From contig JBAYIQ010000001.1 of assembly GCA_041665545.1 (NCBI GenBank), positions 222,448-286,447 of the forward strand: a stretch of DNA of 64,000 nucleotides. Reading direction: 5' to 3'. A program made the position numbers and the translations under genes. Source of the stretch: Patescibacteria group bacterium. Lineage in GTDB: Bacteria; Patescibacteriota; Patescibacteriia; UBA1558; GWA2-36-10. Numbering within the stretch: the first letter of the stretch is position 1; each line of letters opens with the position of its first letter. This document shows, piece by piece, positions 37,167 to 46,614 of the stretch. Under the pieces are notes generated by a model. The model had not been told where the DNA came from, did no database searches, and saw only the letters and a list, made by a program, of their open reading frames with translations.

Positions 37167-37832
37167 TCATTGATAATTTTTCACAAAATATTTTCTCCAT
37201 ATTTCATAAATCGGCGCCCAATATAATGAAAAAGAAAAAATCCACAAAAATTCTTCCACCGGAATACCGGCCAGCAAAATGCCAGATAAATTATTAAATT
37301 GGTAGCTGGCTGACAACTCAGGGTATGTGTACCACAAGAAATAATAAAAAATTGAATAGATAAGCGTACTAACAATAGCGGCATAAATTATTTTTTTGGC
37401 TTCAGCACCCGCGTAAATCATCGCAATAAATGCACCAATTAGCATTGACAAGCAAACATAATACATTAAATTAAAATCAAAGGGTCTAAAAAAATAAGAT
37501 AAAAATAAAACCGGCGCCAGCAGGGTCAAAAAAGGATTTATTTTTTTACATTGAAACAAATTTTTTTGAAAAAATATTTGATAAGCCACGGCTGAAACAC
37601 CGCCCAGGAAAAAACAAAATAAAATGCTTTCTAGAAATAGCTCCTGACCCAAGGGTATTGTCTTAAATTGTGGAATCCAGTATTCGGGAATAAACAAGCA
37701 CTCTGATATCCCCAAAGGAGCTGCCAAAAAACTGGATACTAATATTTTTTTTCGCAAATCTTTTCTGAAAATAAAAAACATCAGCCAAATAAAAGCATAA
37801 ATGCCACTACCAATCAAATACACATAAACCAT
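37167..37832 (-). CDS. Membrane protein with lycopene-cyclase-like (PxEE) repeats
   Basis: Polytopic; YWIP..LES and SGILLAGIPVEEFLW motifs. Confidence 0.65.
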   Translation of the reverse strand: MVYVYLIGSGIYAFIWLMFFIFRKDLRKKILVSSFLAAPLGISECLFIPEYWIPQFKTIPLGQELFLESILFCFFLGGVSAVAYQIFFQKNLFQCKKINPFLTLLAPVLFLSYFFRPFDFNLMYYVCLSMLIGAFIAMIYAGAEAKKIIYAAIVSTLIYSIFYYFLWYTYPELSASYQFNNLSGILLAGIPVEEFLWIFSFSLYWAPIYEIWRKYFVKNYQ

Positions 37833-37851
37833 ATAATAAAAATAAACTGAC

Positions 37852-38697
37852 CTAATTCTTACATTTTAATTCTTCGTTATAAGGATACTCTACTATTTCA
37901 CCATTGATTTCCAAAGCAACACTCTGTTTGTCTAAACAGACTTTGATGACTTGGCCACTGCCTAGCTTGGTTTTTATAATATCACCAATTTTTGGTGCCT
38001 GACCTTCGGCAAATCTATAATTTTCCTCTTCAAATCTCAAGCAACATTTCAGACGGCCACAGACACCGGTCAGACGATCAACTCCCCGGTGCATCAAATC
38101 TTGATTCTTGATGCAATCAGGATTGACCTTGCCAATTCGCGAAAGCCAAGCTTTGCAACACAAGGGCAAACCACAAGATCCCACATCACCACCAATTCTG
38201 GCGGCATCTCTGACGCCAATCTGCTGTAAGCGAATTTTTTCGTGAAAAGTAGCGGCCAAATCTTTGACCAAATCACGAAAATCAACTCTGGTGTTGGAAA
38301 TAAAATAAATGGTCAAATGGCTATTATCTAGCGACTCCGAAACATCAATCAGCTTCATTTCTTTGAGTTTGTGCTTTTGGCACAGTTCTTGAGCGATCTT
38401 CAAATATTGAGCATAATTAGCTTTATTTTCCTGGCTTTTTTCCAAATCATTTTTTCTAGCTTGTCTAGTTAGGGTTTTAAGATCACCGACGCTCTTTGCT
38501 TGAGCCACTTTTATTTTTTCTACTTCTGTTTCATTGCAATCCAAAAGTTCTGTCACTATACCCAAATCCCGGCCCAAAGCCGAGTCGGTTATTACTTGAT
38601 CATTGACCTTGACCTCATATCGTTGGTCTTCGCTAAATTCTGGCAAGAAAAAATATTCTTTTTCTAGCTTATGAAATTGTATTTTAGCTAACCTCAT
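37852..38697 (-). CDS. PSP1-domain protein (RicT/YaaT family)
   Basis: RVDFRDLVKDL, QIGVRD, GSCGLPLCC, GVCGRLKCCLRFE. Confidence 0.9.
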   Translation of the reverse strand: MRLAKIQFHKLEKEYFFLPEFSEDQRYEVKVNDQVITDSALGRDLGIVTELLDCNETEVEKIKVAQAKSVGDLKTLTRQARKNDLEKSQENKANYAQYLKIAQELCQKHKLKEMKLIDVSESLDNSHLTIYFISNTRVDFRDLVKDLAATFHEKIRLQQIGVRDAARIGGDVGSCGLPLCCKAWLSRIGKVNPDCIKNQDLMHRGVDRLTGVCGRLKCCLRFEEENYRFAEGQAPKIGDIIKTKLGSGQVIKVCLDKQSVALEINGEIVEYPYNEELKCKN

Positions 38698-38809
38698 TGT
38701 TTATATTAATAAGCAAAGTATGACAAATATTAGTAATAAAAACAAGGGTAAAAAAGAGGCCGGCACGCTGTGTCGCGCGCCGGCCGAGTAGTATTCGTCA
38801 AACCTCAAG

Positions 38810-39316
38810 TTATAATGCTCCCCACATGGAAAGCGTGTTCCTCTTGGGTGCTATCGGCTCATGCCCATTGATCCAACGTTTGCTGATCAGGATCGACAAT
38901 GGCCTAGCATCACGCCCATAAGGACGGATTGCCCAGACCGCCGTGGAATCTGTCACCTCACAATCGAAATAGATATCTCCCGGAAGTGGCTTTCTGTTGT
39001 TGGCCACTGCCGTCGCCCTATCTTCTAGATAGAACGATTCTCCGATAAAGGGGTTGTCCAGAGAAATCTCCGCCAGATAATGGATCGAGGTACCCGTCAC
39101 CTTGCCCACATCATACACACTGCAGGGCGGCTGGTTAGCGTTGGCGGCAAACCAGTCATCGGCCATGGCCTTGAGCTGCCAAGCATTGCGTATGCTGTGA
39201 CCTTCCATAATATTCAGCATTATCTCCTTGTCCGAAGCCTTATCGTGTTCCACGCGCGCTGCTACCGCGAAAAGGACAACCCCCACTGTCACTAGAATAC
39301 TTATTGATCTGTTCAT
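38810..39316 (-). CDS. GC-rich orphan membrane-anchored protein (weak pilin-like character)
   Basis: ORF with SD GAAGGGA, own promoter-like and terminator-like flanks, N-terminal TM helix. Confidence 0.65.
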   Translation of the reverse strand: MNRSISILVTVGVVLFAVAARVEHDKASDKEIMLNIMEGHSIRNAWQLKAMADDWFAANANQPPCSVYDVGKVTGTSIHYLAEISLDNPFIGESFYLEDRATAVANNRKPLPGDIYFDCEVTDSTAVWAIRPYGRDARPLSILISKRWINGHEPIAPKRNTLSMWGAL

Positions 39317-39462
39317 GACACGACATCCCTTCTAGTCCCTGGGGACTGCTTGAATACATGCTAAGAAGAACTCTTAATAAACTATTATTATCATAAGGTA
39401 ATATTAAAGTCAATTTTAAACAAACAAAAAAACCACCCCGATAAATAGGGTGGCTTTTTCTT

Positions 39463-40239
39463 TTATAACGAGAAGTAAAAAAATTTATCAATTTCCGCTT
39501 TGTTGGCTTGCAAATACTGTTCAATGGTCTGCTTGTCATCTTTGACATATGGCTGCCCGAGCAAGCACACTTCCGAATAAAATTTAGCAATTTTACCGGG
39601 CATAATCTTTTCCCACATGGCCTCTGGTTTGCCTTCGTTTTTCAATTGCTCAGTATAGATTTCTTTTTCTTTGGCCACTATTTCGGCGGGTACATCTTCC
39701 GGACGCAAATATTTTGGCGACATAGCGGCTGTATGCATGGCCACTTCTTTGGCAATTTCCGCTGTTCCTGATTGGAGAGTGACAACAGCGGCTACTTTGC
39801 GATTGGAATGCAAATAGCTACCCATGATATCGGCTTCAATTAAATCAAAATTAGCCAACTGCAAATTTTCACCGATTTTGACAATAAAATCATTTTGGAT
39901 TTTATCAGTCGCCCAAACTTGAAAATCATCCTTACCTCTTTTCAACAATTCTTGGGCTAGCTCTTGGACGCTATTTATAAAATCTTTATTTAGGGCCACA
40001 AAATCTGTTTCACAACCCAAACCAACGACCGCTAATTTTTTACCCTCAACAGCAAAAACAATAGCGCCTTCTTTGATCTGGCGTTCCGCTTTTTTGGCGG
40101 CAATTTTCTGCCCAGCTTTACGTAATATTTCCACGGCTTTGGTTTCATCACCATTGGCCTCGTTCAAAGCTTTGTTGATATCAGACATACCAGCGCCTGT
40201 GGCAAGGCGTATTTTTTTTACTAATTCTAAATTAGGCAT
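39463..40239 (-). CDS. tsf: Elongation factor Ts
   Basis: IRLATGAGM, CETDFVA, KIGEN, EVCLLGQ. Confidence 0.97.
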   Translation of the reverse strand: MPNLELVKKIRLATGAGMSDINKALNEANGDETKAVEILRKAGQKIAAKKAERQIKEGAIVFAVEGKKLAVVGLGCETDFVALNKDFINSVQELAQELLKRGKDDFQVWATDKIQNDFIVKIGENLQLANFDLIEADIMGSYLHSNRKVAAVVTLQSGTAEIAKEVAMHTAAMSPKYLRPEDVPAEIVAKEKEIYTEQLKNEGKPEAMWEKIMPGKIAKFYSEVCLLGQPYVKDDKQTIEQYLQANKAEIDKFFYFSL

Positions 40240-40249
40240 AGTTTTATTT

Positions 40250-40310
40250 TAGTTAAAAGTTAAAAGTATAAAGTTTGTTACTTTAAACTTTTGACTTGCT
40301 ACTTTTTACT
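40250..40310. repeat. Inverted pair of ~7-nt tandem repeats (AAAAGTT-like / ACTTTT-like)
   Basis: agttaaaagttaaaagtataaagt...actttaaacttttgact; a similar array is at 59695-59803. Confidence 0.55.
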
Positions 40311-40995
40311 TAGTTACTCTGGCCTCTTTGATGGTCTCAGCTAGCAAATTAGTAATTACTTCAATGGATTTTATGGCATCATCATTGGCTGGTATGGCAT
40401 AAGTCACCAACTCAGGATTGACATTGGTATCAGTCATGGCAATGATAGGAATATTCATTTTGCGAGCTTCACTGACCGCGGTTTTTTCTTTGCGAATATC
40501 TACCACAAAAATAGCTTGTGGCAAGCGCTTCATGCTTTTGATACCACCGACATTGTCGTTCAGCTTGTTGAGCTCTTTGCGAAAATTAACCTGTTCTTTT
40601 TTGGTATAAAGCTCCCAAGCTCCATCACTCTCGTCTTTTTCCATTTTTTCCAGCTTGCGAGTCAATTTCACAATATTTTCAAAATTGGTAAAAGTACCAC
40701 CCAACCAACGACCAATAATATATGGCGATTGGCAGGCATCAGCGGCCGCTTTTATAATATCACGAGCTTGCTTCTTTGAGCCGATAAATAAAATCTGGCC
40801 ATTGCTTTTGATAATTTTTTCTACAAACTCAAAAGCTACAGGCAGGGCCTCGACTGTTTTTTGCAGATCAATGATGTGTACGCCATTTCTATCGGTGTGG
40901 ATATAGCGACTAGCTTTGGGATGGCGCTTAGAAGTTCTATGCCCAAAGTGCACACCTTTCTTCAATAATTCCTCTAAAGTGGGAATTTTAATCAT
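40306..40995 (-). CDS. rpsB: 30S ribosomal protein S2
   Basis: GVHFGH, RWLGGTFTN, PANDDAIKS; true start MIKIPT at 40995. Confidence 0.97.
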   Translation of the reverse strand: MIKIPTLEELLKKGVHFGHRTSKRHPKASRYIHTDRNGVHIIDLQKTVEALPVAFEFVEKIIKSNGQILFIGSKKQARDIIKAAADACQSPYIIGRWLGGTFTNFENIVKLTRKLEKMEKDESDGAWELYTKKEQVNFRKELNKLNDNVGGIKSMKRLPQAIFVVDIRKEKTAVSEARKMNIPIIAMTDTNVNPELVTYAIPANDDAIKSIEVITNLLAETIKEARVTK

Positions 40996-41289
40996 ATGTT
41001 TCTTTTCCTTTCTTGCCTCTTTAAAGTCAAAGACTAGAGACATTACCCGTATTTTGCGACCCAAGTGCCTCATAGATGAGGAAGGATGCTTGAGTTTTGT
41101 AGCAAAATACTTGTGATTAATAAATAAAATTAGGTAAATAAACCTAAGTGCCAATATATTAGCACAAAAGTTTATATTTGGCAAGGACAGTGGCCTGAGT
41201 AGCTAAACTTGACCTATTGATTGCTTTATGCTATTATTTCCGAGCATTTATTAGAAAAACTCCCACATTTTATTGGGGAAAAAATTTAT

Positions 41290-41661
41290 ATGAAAAAAGA
41301 CATACACCCAACTTATTACTCTGATGCCAAAATTATTTGCGCTTGTGGCAACATCATGACCACTGGATCTACCCTCAAGGAAATCCATGTAGAAATTTGT
41401 TCTGCTTGCCATCCTTTTTATACTGGCAAAGAAAAACTCATTGATACTGCTGGCCGTGTGGACAGATTCAAAAAAATGAGAGAATTGCAAAAAACTGTTG
41501 GTGCCACCCGCCGTGGTCGTACTATCAAGCGCCAAGCTTCCACTACTAAAAAGCTGGAAAAAGAACGCGCCAAGGCCAAAGCCGAGATGAACGCTCCAGA
41601 AGTCAAAGTCAAAAAAGTTGTGGCCAAAAAAACTATTACTAAAAAAGCTACAAAAAAATAG
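41290..41661 (+). CDS. rpmE: 50S ribosomal protein L31 (Zn-binding form) with a Lys-rich tail
   Basis: [27 protein letters not shown]. Confidence 0.96.
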   Translation: MKKDIHPTYYSDAKIICACGNIMTTGSTLKEIHVEICSACHPFYTGKEKLIDTAGRVDRFKKMRELQKTVGATRRGRTIKRQASTTKKLEKERAKAKAEMNAPEVKVKKVVAKKTITKKATKK

Positions 41662-41772
41662 CTATATTTAGATAAACAAAAAACTCTTTTTTTAATAGGA
41701 GTTTTTTTGTTAGGTGAAAAAGGGTATAATTAAAAAGTAATCCCACCCTTAGAAAAGCATTAAAATGACATG

Positions 41773-41885
41773 CCGTCATCCCGCACTCCCGCCCGACACG
41801 CCTGACGGCAGTCATGGCGGGCGGGTGTTGCGGGATCTAACTAGAAATATATAAATACTAGATTCCCGCCTGCGCGGGAATGACA
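41773..41885. repeat. REP/MITE-like double-hairpin element with a nested 38-nt palindromic insert
   Basis: GTCATCCCGCAC..TTGCGGGATCTA..TAGATTCCCGCCTGCGCGGGAATGAC; homologous to 52550-52622 and 55119-55193. Confidence 0.85.
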
Positions 41886-41911
41886 GATAAATAAAAAGAT
41901 TGTAAAAAACT

Positions 41912-42967
41912 ATGGAATTAAACATTACAAAATTACAACAAGACCTAAAAGACCTGGAAACACAAATGCAGTTACCAGAAATTTTGACGGACAACAAAAA
42001 AATTACCGAACTTGGTAAAAAATACAGCGAAACCAAGTACACTTTTGATTTGCTTGAAAAAATCGAAAAAAATAAAAGCGATTTGGCTAGTTTACAGGCC
42101 TCAATGTCCCAAGAAAGCGATGAGGAAATGCTAGTCATGACTCACGAGGAAATTGACCAGCTAAAAACTCAATTAGACAAAGACCTGTTTGAGCTAGAAG
42201 AAATCGTTCATCCTCTTGATCCTCGCGACAAAAAAAGCGTTATTCTGGAAATCCGCGCTGGCACGGGCGGCGATGAATCAGCGCTTTTTGCCTCGGAGCT
42301 TTACCGCATGTACTCCCGCTTTGCGGAAAAAATGGGCTGGAAAGTAAAAATTCTATCCCAAAACCGCACGGGTTTGGGTGGCTTCAAAGAAATAATTGCC
42401 GAAATCGTTGGTGATAATGTCTACAAATATTTAAAATTTGAAAGTGGCGTGCATCGCGTGCAACGCGTACCAGAAACCGAAAAAGCTGGCCGAGTGCATA
42501 CTTCAGCGGCTACGGTGGCGGTCATGCCCGAAGCCGAAGAAGTTGATCTAGTGATTGAAGCCAAAGATATTCGTATTGATACTTTTTGCGCCTCTGGACA
42601 TGGCGGACAATCAGTCAATACTACCAAATCAGCCGTGCGCATAACGCATCTACCCACTGGTACAGTAGTTTCTTGCCAAGATGAAAAATCCCAAGGCCAA
42701 AACAAAGAAAAAGCCATGGCTATTTTGCGTTCGAGAATATTGGATAAAATGGAAGAAGATCAGCACCAAAAATTGGCTCAAGATAGAAAAAGTCAAGTTG
42801 GCTCAGGCGATCGTAGTGAAAAAATACGCACTTACAACTTTCCCCAAGACCGCTTGACTGACCACCGCATCAAACTGACCCTCCACAATTTGGCCATCAT
42901 CTTGGATGGCGAGCTACTGCCCATCATCATGCCTCTCCAGCAAGCCGCTAGAAGCCAAAAAAATTAA
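41912..42967 (+). CDS. prfA: Peptide chain release factor 1
   Basis: [26 protein letters not shown]. Confidence 0.97.
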   Translation: MELNITKLQQDLKDLETQMQLPEILTDNKKITELGKKYSETKYTFDLLEKIEKNKSDLASLQASMSQESDEEMLVMTHEEIDQLKTQLDKDLFELEEIVHPLDPRDKKSVILEIRAGTGGDESALFASELYRMYSRFAEKMGWKVKILSQNRTGLGGFKEIIAEIVGDNVYKYLKFESGVHRVQRVPETEKAGRVHTSAATVAVMPEAEEVDLVIEAKDIRIDTFCASGHGGQSVNTTKSAVRITHLPTGTVVSCQDEKSQGQNKEKAMAILRSRILDKMEEDQHQKLAQDRKSQVGSGDRSEKIRTYNFPQDRLTDHRIKLTLHNLAIILDGELLPIIMPLQQAARSQKN

Positions 42968-42993
42968 AATACAAATTTTATAGGAAGTAAATC

Positions 42994-43824
42994 ATGACTA
43001 TAAAAAATATCTGCCAAGACGCTCAAAAATCATATCCCCAGCTCCCCCTTGGGGATATTGAATTATTGCTGGCTGAAAGTCTACACCGCTCGCTAAATTA
43101 TCTTTACAAAAATCCCGAAAAAATATTGAGCCGCTCAAATCAGACTACTTTTTGGCGTTTGCTAGAACGCCGTAAAAAAAAATTTAGCATTGCCTATCTG
43201 ACTAGAGCCCGAGCTTTTTTTGGCTTGGATTTCTATGTTTCTAGCCATGTCTTAGTGCCCCGCCCCGAAAGTGAACTATTGGTGGAAGAAGGTCTAAAAT
43301 ATCTGAAAAATAAAAAAAACCCAAACATAATTGACGTGGGTACTGGCTCTGGCTGCCTGATCATCTCTCTAGCCAAAAATTATCAGTCATCATCCTTATT
43401 TTATGCTGTGGATAATTCTGGTCGGGCTCTCAAAGTAGCTAAAACTAACGCTAGAAAACATGACCTAAAAAGCCAAATCAACTTCCTAAAATCCAATTTA
43501 TTAAATAAAGTGGGAAAAAATAAATTTGATCTTATTTTAGCTAATTTACCATATCTGACTAAAAAACAATTACAAGAACCGAGTATAAAAAAAGAACCGC
43601 TCCGTGCTCTCTATGGTGGCTCTGATGGTCTGTCTTTTTATAAAACTCTACTCAAACAAATACCTAGCTATTTAAATAAAAAATATTTAGTATTATTAGA
43701 AATTGACCCTCAACAAGAACTCACTATCCAAAAAATATCTAAGCAATATTTACCAAAAGCCAAGTTAGAAATTATCAGAGACTTAAACAAGCAAGCTCGT
43801 GTATTAAAAATAGAAAATAATTAA
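42994..43824 (+). CDS. prmC: Release factor glutamine methyltransferase
   Basis: VLVPRPESE, DVGTGSG, NLPY; follows prfA. Confidence 0.95.
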   Translation: MTIKNICQDAQKSYPQLPLGDIELLLAESLHRSLNYLYKNPEKILSRSNQTTFWRLLERRKKKFSIAYLTRARAFFGLDFYVSSHVLVPRPESELLVEEGLKYLKNKKNPNIIDVGTGSGCLIISLAKNYQSSSLFYAVDNSGRALKVAKTNARKHDLKSQINFLKSNLLNKVGKNKFDLILANLPYLTKKQLQEPSIKKEPLRALYGGSDGLSFYKTLLKQIPSYLNKKYLVLLEIDPQQELTIQKISKQYLPKAKLEIIRDLNKQARVLKIENN

Positions 43825-43908
43825 AACCCCCACGCGCCGAAGCGAATGGGGGCTTTGAAAAGGATCTAGTCAGACCGGTGAACCAGACAATGTCTCATCG
43901 GCACAACT

Positions 43909-44220
43909 CTAGATTCTTGTTGAGCCATCACCGACAAGACCGTCGCCTGACGAACCGTGCTCGACCTCGTCTACAATGGGCTGTTCGGCGGTAGCGACTT
44001 CGGGAGCCCTCAGTGGCATATCCAGAAATGGCTCGACACGCTGATGCAACTTGAAGGCATCCGGCTCGCTAGCTGCCAGAACGATAACCTTCCTGAATAG
44101 ATCTCTGGCAGTGCCCATATTACGCGCCAAGTTGCGTATGTTGAGCCCACCCTGCAGACCGCTGTCAAGAGAGCTACTGAAGAGACTAATCAGAAATGCA
44201 CGCTCATCTGAGTCTAGCAT
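43909..44220 (-). CDS. GC-rich orphan hypothetical protein
   Basis: Start MLDSDE at 44220 behind SD GGAGGGAGG; promoter TTGACA-16-TAAGAT at 44296-44269. Confidence 0.6.
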   Translation of the reverse strand: MLDSDERAFLISLFSSSLDSGLQGGLNIRNLARNMGTARDLFRKVIVLAASEPDAFKLHQRVEPFLDMPLRAPEVATAEQPIVDEVEHGSSGDGLVGDGSTRI

Positions 44221-44390
44221 CTTACACCTCCCTCCAAACACGGGTTAATGTACAATAGATTCAAGCCCATCTTACAATATCAATCAAATTTGTCAACAAA
44301 AAAAGCCAAAATACTGGGCTAGGCAAAATAAAAACCCAGTGCTAATATAATACAATTGGGAAAAATCGGGTACGAAAGGAGGTGCACCCG

Positions 44391-44597
44391 ATGCCTAGCA
44401 TGACCAAGTATGTTGTCTTCACTGGCCACAACCCCGCCGTTCCTTTTCCGCACTTCGAGCTCCGGATCGAGAGTCTCTCTGTCGACGATGTCGTGGAGTG
44501 CAGACACGACCAGCAGGTGTTCCACTTCCGTGTCACCGAGATCGACAGCTGGTTGATGACTGCCAAAGCCGTTCTGCACGCCAAGGGCGCAACCTGA
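44391..44597 (+). CDS. GC-rich small orphan protein (68 aa)
   Basis: SD AAAGGAGGT before ATG; strong downstream hairpin. Confidence 0.6.
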   Translation: MPSMTKYVVFTGHNPAVPFPHFELRIESLSVDDVVECRHDQQVFHFRVTEIDSWLMTAKAVLHAKGAT

Positions 44598-44617
44598 AAC
44601 GGAGCCCGAACCGAAAA

Positions 44618-44672
44618 CCGCCCTGTACCAGTCGCCACTTGTGTGGCTCCGGTACAGGGCGGGTATTTTTTT
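44618..44672 (+). terminator. Intrinsic terminator
   Basis: CCGCCCTGTACC/GGTACAGGGCGG stem plus T-run. Confidence 0.75.
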
Positions 44673-45723
44673 ACTTAATTTCTAACTTATTTTCATCATC
44701 AATAATCTGCACCCAAGTATGTCCGGGCAATAAATTCAATTCCTCAGTGCCCTGCTCATTAAAAAATCTAGTGCGATTGTTGATGTATTTCCACTGACCA
44801 CTTTGCTGACCCAAGGCATTGAAAATCCAAACTTTACCACTTTTTTGGGTATCCATTGAACGGCGCTCAATGTCTATCAATTTAGCAGACACTACTTGAA
44901 CTACGACATTGGTAGCTTGGGCTTGGTCGCCAGTATCAAAATCAAACTTAGCGTCATTCTGCCAGCGCTGATATTGCTGTAAGACATTATTGAAGCGCCA
45001 ATTGACTTTGTAATAATCATCGGAATATTTTATCAGCAACTCTGGTTTTTGACTGTCATTGACTTCTGGGGCATCAACAAAATGCCACAAAATATTCACA
45101 CTGGAAATAGCGTTTTGGGACTTTACTTCTTTGATTTCACCGACCCGCAACCAATTGGTAGCCGACGTAAAAACATTGGACGGACTTTTTAGTTTCTGGT
45201 CACGCCAAAAATATATTTCACCAGCGCCAATCTGGTCAATATTGGTAAAATTATAATCTTTGATGCTGGCTATAGCTTGGGGACTGCCACCAACGTGCAT
45301 ATACACTCCCCCGTACTCCTCGGCCCAATCCATAAAATATGGCCGAGCTGAGCGCACTGGCCCAACTTTTTCTACTGATTCATTTTTATCAAAAATAGCC
45401 AGTAATCGAGTGATATTACTTTCGGCTAAGGCCTCATAAATAATGCCCGCCTTGGCTAGTCCGGCTTGGGGTCGGATATTATACGAATTATCTATCATAA
45501 TAGCCACTGGAAAATACGACCAATTTTCGTTATTGACCTTTTCACCAGTCAAAGGATGGCGCCAAATATTGGTTGTTGAGCTGGCATTTTCCAAACTAGT
45601 TTGATCGGCAACCGAGTGTCTACGCGAACCAAAAAATAAACTCCAAAAACCAACGATAATCAAAATAACTGCCAAACCAATGACAGTTATTGCCAAATAA
45701 ATTTTTCTTTGGCGATTGAGCAT
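44671..45723 (-). CDS. DUF3048-domain membrane-anchored protein
   Basis: PLTG, PVAIMIDN, RPQAGL, YEALAE..ITR, GPVRSARPY, HVGGS. Confidence 0.9.
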   Translation of the reverse strand: MLNRQRKIYLAITVIGLAVILIIVGFWSLFFGSRRHSVADQTSLENASSTTNIWRHPLTGEKVNNENWSYFPVAIMIDNSYNIRPQAGLAKAGIIYEALAESNITRLLAIFDKNESVEKVGPVRSARPYFMDWAEEYGGVYMHVGGSPQAIASIKDYNFTNIDQIGAGEIYFWRDQKLKSPSNVFTSATNWLRVGEIKEVKSQNAISSVNILWHFVDAPEVNDSQKPELLIKYSDDYYKVNWRFNNVLQQYQRWQNDAKFDFDTGDQAQATNVVVQVVSAKLIDIERRSMDTQKSGKVWIFNALGQQSGQWKYINNRTRFFNEQGTEELNLLPGHTWVQIIDDENKLEIK

Positions 45724-45871
45724 GGGTTATTTTTTGCCACCCACAGGGTGGCCGCCCTGTGGGCGGTAAAACTGGCGATAGCATTTCAATCGCTTCTCCA
45801 CCAGCTGTCTGATAATTTTTTTATAGTAATCTATTTCGACTGCCGTATTCTTGATGGACAGCAAGCCCCAG

Positions 45872-46531
45872 CTATTTTTTGTCTGCCGCTGGAGCATCGG
45901 TCGCGGATTTTTCACCTTCAACAGCTGGCACTTCTGCTCCGGCCACAGGTGCAGCCGCTTCAGTCACAACTTCTTTACGAGGTACCACTACATCAATAAC
46001 CTTATCTTGAATACTATCTAATATCTTAACATTTTTAGCCACTGATAAATGATCAACTGTAATGTCACTACCAATATTTACTAACTCACTCAAATTTACT
46101 TCTATAAAAGCTGGCAAGTCCTGAGGCAAGCAACGAACTTTGACAGACTGTTTTTTTATTTCCAACTTACCACCTTGCTCACGAACTGCTTTGGAGGTAC
46201 CACTGAATTTCAAAGGCACGATAGTGGTCACTTCTTGTTTTTGGTCAACAGCCAAAAAATCAACATGAATCAATTTGTCGCTGACTGGATCTTTCTGAAA
46301 TTCACGCAAAATCACGGGGATATTTTTTCCCGACAAATCTAAATTAATCACTTGGCTAGTACCGGCCGTATTAATTATTTTTACGATGGTGTTGTAATCA
46401 GCGCTAATCAATAATGATTCAGCTTTCAAACCATAAATTGCGCCAGGAACCTGGCTATTTTTTCTAATAAAAGATAAGAGACTGGCTTTGCCTTTTTCTC
46501 TGGCGCTTACTGTTAACTTGAGTTCTGACAT
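45872..46531 (-). CDS. rplY: 50S ribosomal protein L25 (CTC-type)
   Basis: VPGAIYG, QKDPV..HVDF, GGKL, LPAFIEV. Confidence 0.95.
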   Translation of the reverse strand: MSELKLTVSAREKGKASLLSFIRKNSQVPGAIYGLKAESLLISADYNTIVKIINTAGTSQVINLDLSGKNIPVILREFQKDPVSDKLIHVDFLAVDQKQEVTTIVPLKFSGTSKAVREQGGKLEIKKQSVKVRCLPQDLPAFIEVNLSELVNIGSDITVDHLSVAKNVKILDSIQDKVIDVVVPRKEVVTEAAAPVAGAEVPAVEGEKSATDAPAADKK

Positions 46532-46614
46532 AAATTTTTGTCTTACGAATAAATATAATGGTACTATTTAATCATAATGCCTATAAAAAGTCAACCCCAA
46601 TGAATAGTCCGACA

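Noticed and set aside
38757-38786. AGGCCGGCAC match to the 3' end of the DGR-target-like gene, as a possible template repeat
   Set aside because: Only 10 nt and part of a terminator hairpin; no extended adenine-specific similarity.
40996-41289. N-terminal extensions of rpsB and rpmE in the ORF track
   Set aside because: Artefacts of the longest-ORF rule; homology begins at 40995 and 41290, and the gap holds divergent promoters and leaders.
41480-41661. Lys/Ala-rich extension of L31
   Set aside because: Basic low-complexity tails are common on ribosomal proteins of such genomes; not novel.
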